From positions 42,696,788 through 42,760,787 of the forward strand of contig CM120640.1 of the NCBI GenBank assembly GCA_051362555.1: a stretch of 64,000 nt of DNA, read 5' to 3'. Positions 60,465 through 64,000 of this stretch are shown here, piece by piece. The notes beneath the pieces were generated by a model. It had not been told where the DNA came from, did no database searches, and saw only the letters and a list, made by a program, of their open reading frames with translations. Origin of the DNA: Lingula anatina. Lineage: Eukaryota > Animalia > Brachiopoda. Each line of letters begins with the position of its first letter. The first letter of the stretch is position 1. Both the position numbers and the translations under genes were made by a program.

Positions 60465-63400
60465 AAAGACATCTAAGTACATTTAAAACTTTCATTATGT
60501 TTAACAGTTGAAGTGAGTATACTCAGCTATTTTCAGATTTGTCAAACTGATGAGAAGGTGTAAGCCATTAACTTTACAACAAAATTCTTGAAGAGAATAA
60601 TAAGGGAAACACTCATGCATATGAAAATAGTTTATTGCCATTGTTATTTTTTAATGAATATAACATGAACGTGACATCGTAAACACTGTGTTGTCAAGTA
60701 AAATGAAGCGTCTGATACAAAGTATCAAATGCGGTATTCACGTGCATGCTTGCTTGCGGTGCGTTCAGTACACTTTGTTTACACTGACTAGTCAAGGTCA
60801 GAAGTGCACAATTTTTCTGTATAATATAAAGCAGTTTCAATTTTGATTAGTGAATTATCTTCAAGCTGTATGGCCATTTTCTGAACATTTGTATAAGCTA
60901 CGAAATATTTCTCAGTCCAAATTTCTCTAAGTCCAAATGAGTGGCGGTACGACGCACTTCCGGTTTTCGTCGAAATCTAAGCTGCGGTTTGCAGCACATT
61001 CAGGGCGTTCTACCTCAACATGTACGCAGCCGCTTTGATTGGAATTTACAACACTTATTCTTTACATGATATAGCATCTACGTGCATAATTTGAGAGCTT
61101 TAGCTGTCATACATCTCTAGTGCCAATTCAAATTGTAAAAGGAGCTATTCCGACGATTTCTTGAAGGGCAAGTCTATGAACGTGCTACAGTTGTCGTATG
61201 GATTCATAGTCGACAAACAATGTCGAAAATCTGTATCGATCATACAGAGTTACAGACAAGTTGATAATGTGTGTTTATCTTATAGATAATTGTTTTATTT
61301 CCTCAAATTGATAAAACAGACTGAAGTGTCGTTAGAGACGATTGACGATGCGCTGAAATTGCGCAAATCGTCAAATTACGTAACGACCGATCTACCTTAA
61401 GCAGAACATAAGTGTTAGACTTAAGGTAATGCAGGTTAGTCCCCATCATGACAAAATACTCTTGGTTTATTGGGAAGCTGTCAAACTGAGGACAAAGACT
61501 ATGGCAAACCATTCATCTTATATATCTAAATGTACTGACATCATGGCAACTTCTCGTTAATGACACAATTTGCAACTAATCCAATCATAATATCTAAATA
61601 ATAATCTCAGAAATTGGAAAACAAATGGCTTTAAAAAATCCATAGTGGTACAAGGTCCCTCCACCCCTCCCTGTGTTTACTCTGACCTTTGCCTCATCCT
61701 CCTCCACTGTCCCATTTACATCAATATCAAATTCTGAATGCGTCTGGACTTCCTCCCAGGTCACCCTGCAATCATGGACGGCAGAAAGAGCAGATCAAAC
61801 ACATCAGAGAAGAAAAACAACTCATAAAAAGGTGGAATATGAGAGTGACCATGACTGTCATAACGGGATCCTCTGATGTACACGAGGTAGCCCAATTATA
61901 TGTAGTCATCTCAAGTCCCTCCTTCGAAATAAAAGTGCACAAATCACATCAAAATACCTGTTGCTCTTGTTCTGACACCTGACCATCTGAATTTTTATCA
62001 AATTCTGGGTGTGTTGCTAGTTCTGATGTTGTTATACTGAAATAGGCATTATCATCTTTCTAAGTGCACTCAAACATTTAAGACAAATATATACAAAATC
62101 AATTCATTTTGAAATTACTGTTAATTTGAAAACCAACATAAAGGCTACCATTTAATATACATCAAACACCAATTAACAGATTATTTTGGTTTCACAGCAA
62201 ACATTTTCTTTTAACAACTCACATCCCATCTGCATTGCTGTCCAATTCTGCAAAAGCCTCTTCAACTTTCTTGGCTTCTTTTTCTGCTTCACGTAGTGAT
62301 TTTTCCTCTGAAAGATATAATTTCAGTGTATTTTTCTCATAATGGGGCACATTAAGTGTTAAAGAAACAACAGCAAATATCATTACGCCAGCAATTTAGA
62401 ATAAAGATTGTTGTAAAAATGTAATATCTAGCTATTTCAAACTAACAAAAATGTCTCTAACGAGTTTAATTAGAAATATTGACAATTTACCTTCCCAAGC
62501 TTTCTGGTGTGCATCTTTTGCTTCTTTTTCAGGCTTTTCTGCCTCATTTTTAATATCTAAAAAATAAATAAATAATAATAAATAAATAATTTAAATGGTA
62601 CAAAAAAGCAAACGGATGATATTTTTTAATACAGTGTAACTGCAAAAACTCAGTTTCAGGATTTTTTTTATATGATTACTGTCAGTTGTTAGATTTTAAA
62701 AAATATTATTTCTCTTTTATTTCTACCTCCATAAAATATCCTTTACATTTATAACTGCAATCCTTTTATTCCAAGTCAGTAGTACATCTATTAATCTGAT
62801 GAGTGGATCTGCTTAACTCATGATTAACATACTTTCTAATTCATTTTTCTTTGCCTCAGCTTCATCTTTTTCTTTTTCTAATGCTTCCAGTCTTGCCTTA
62901 AAACAAAAATAAATTTATTTAAAAGACAGAATACACAAGAAAATACCATCTTATAATCTATGTTACTCTGCCAAATTATTAAACAATAACAGATTTTATG
63001 AAGATGAACATTAAAAGGAAATTCAATTTAGTATAGATACATACGTTTGTATATATCCAGTCTACACTATTTTATAGATCTATAGAGAATTAAAATTTCT
63101 TTTTAGTGTTACAACATCAGGGATGCAACTGCCATTTAGTAAAAAAGTCAGAAATTATGGCATGGGGTCCAGGGGGCCACATAGGCTAATTATATTTTTG
63201 GCTCTCACAAAGTCTGAAATTCTGCTGGAAGTCGGAAATTTCTCATCCCTCCTACATATGATCCAATGAAGTTATTAACTTATTTGGATTTATTTTAAAG
63301 AATATCATAATGACTTACAAGTGGGACAGATATAAAAACTCACCCTTTTTTCTGTCTTTGCATCCTTGCCTTGTTTAATATAATCATCCCTGATTTTCAC

Positions 63401-63868
63401 CCCTTCCTGCAATAGCTGTTTCATCCTTTCCTGTTCCTCTCTCATTGCCCTCCCCATTTCTCTGAAGTAATACATAAATTACATACATAACAATGACATT
63501 AAGTCACACCACAATGTTGAAATACTTAACTGCACTGTACTGCACAATTTGCCCATATTAAAATATTAAAATGGAACAACTGTATATCTAATGGCTACTA
63601 ATAGCTACGCCTCAATATAATTGCGCTCCTGTATGTCACATAGTACAGTGGACTACTCGCCGTGTAACAAGTACACACAACATTCACTAAATCCATTTGA
63701 TACAGCATAATAAAAACCTTATTGAAATTTTAATGACATCTGAATAATAAACAGCACATAAAAATGGTTTCTGCATTAACACGTTTGATCAATTCACTAA
63801 AGTTCTTCACCTGCATGTATTAACACAAGTAGTTTCTCCTGAGTATTCATCTGTTCCATCACAGCAAT
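55637..63868 (-). CDS. PRKCSH: Glucosidase II beta subunit; 5' end lies beyond the window
   Basis: Exons: 63811-63868 (CCDGTDEY), 63344-63461, 62833-62896, 62491-62556, 62223-62307 ([11 protein letters not shown]), either 61958-62036 or 61687-61765, 59016-59207, 58220-58336 (acidic), 57072-57147 (MPDYDEET), 56768-56837, 56389-56553 ([16 protein letters not shown]), 56134-56233 ([11 protein letters not shown]), 55637-55777 ([16 protein letters not shown]). The MRH domain and ER-retention signal are diagnostic. Confidence 0.96.
55852..56019. mobile_element. hAT-like MITE with a 5-bp TSD in the last PRKCSH intron
   Basis: Termini CAGGGGTGGATTTAG..CTGGATCCGCCCCTG. AAACT is duplicated at 55847-55851 and 56020-56024. 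Confidence 0.8.
59792..61396. mobile_element. Kolobok-type non-autonomous DNA transposon (about 1.6 kb)
   Basis: Perfect 17-bp TIR GGTAGATCGGTCGTTAC with a TTAA TSD at 59788-59791 and 61397-61400. GG..CC termini fit Kolobok rather than piggyBac. Confidence 0.85.
59817..60490 (+). repeat. Tandem array of ~200-bp units (3 full plus a partial) inside the Kolobok-type element
   Basis: GTCACCGACCAAATAAGAGAACTA, TACACCCTGC and CCCCATTC..ATCAATGGG recur about every 200 bp. Units start near 59817, 60020 and 60222. Confidence 0.9.
61687..61765 (-). CDS. PRKCSH: PRKCSH alternative EF-hand exon B (79 nt)
   Basis: Boundaries ttgcag|..|gtcaga, phase 2 to 0. Encodes [26 protein letters not shown]. Confidence 0.8.
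61958..62036 (-). CDS. PRKCSH: PRKCSH alternative EF-hand exon A (79 nt)
   Basis: Boundaries tttcag|..|gtattt, phase 2 to 0. Encodes [26 protein letters not shown]. Confidence 0.8.
63118..63251. mobile_element. Degenerate hAT-like MITE
   Basis: CAGGGATG..CATCCCT termini and an internal GGCATGGGGTCCAGGGGGCC motif. The TSD is unclear. Confidence 0.4.
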
Positions 63869-64000
63869 CTGTAATAGTATTGAATCATCATTATCAAGTA
63901 TTAACTCTTAAAATTCATCAAATCTAGATAATTACACAAAGTGCTCGATTATTGTTATCATCTAATTTTGGTTAATACTCAGTCAACAATTTGACTTCCA

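Noticed and set aside
59817-60490. Regularly spaced repeats resembling a CRISPR array
   Set aside because: The whole ~200-bp units are homologous, with no unique spacers. The context is a eukaryotic intron inside a TTAA-flanked transposon, with no cas genes.

Overview
AT-rich, intron-rich animal genomic DNA, probably from an invertebrate bilaterian. It is not prokaryotic, and most ORFs in the supplied track are noise. Five spliced protein-coding genes were rebuilt by hand from GT-AG boundaries and exon phases. They are CDK7 (minus strand), an unrecognised 263-aa protein with an N-myristoylation signal and a C-terminal ubiquitin-like domain lying head-to-head with CDK7, a class A peptide-type GPCR (plus), an SLC6 amino-acid transporter (minus) and the 3' part of PRKCSH/glucosidase II beta (minus, ends HDEL). 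PRKCSH has two tandem 79-nt exons that look mutually exclusive and encode alternative EF-hands. Transposon-derived sequence includes a 3.85-kb P-like element (31-bp TIR, 7-bp TSD), a 42-bp mini-element with a 7-bp TSD, a Kolobok-type element with internal ~200-bp tandem repeats, Harbinger- and hAT-like MITEs, a decayed Sola1-like element and a Penelope GIY-YIG relic. Bases 1-15,000 contain no gene I can identify. All coordinates were counted manually and no database search was run.
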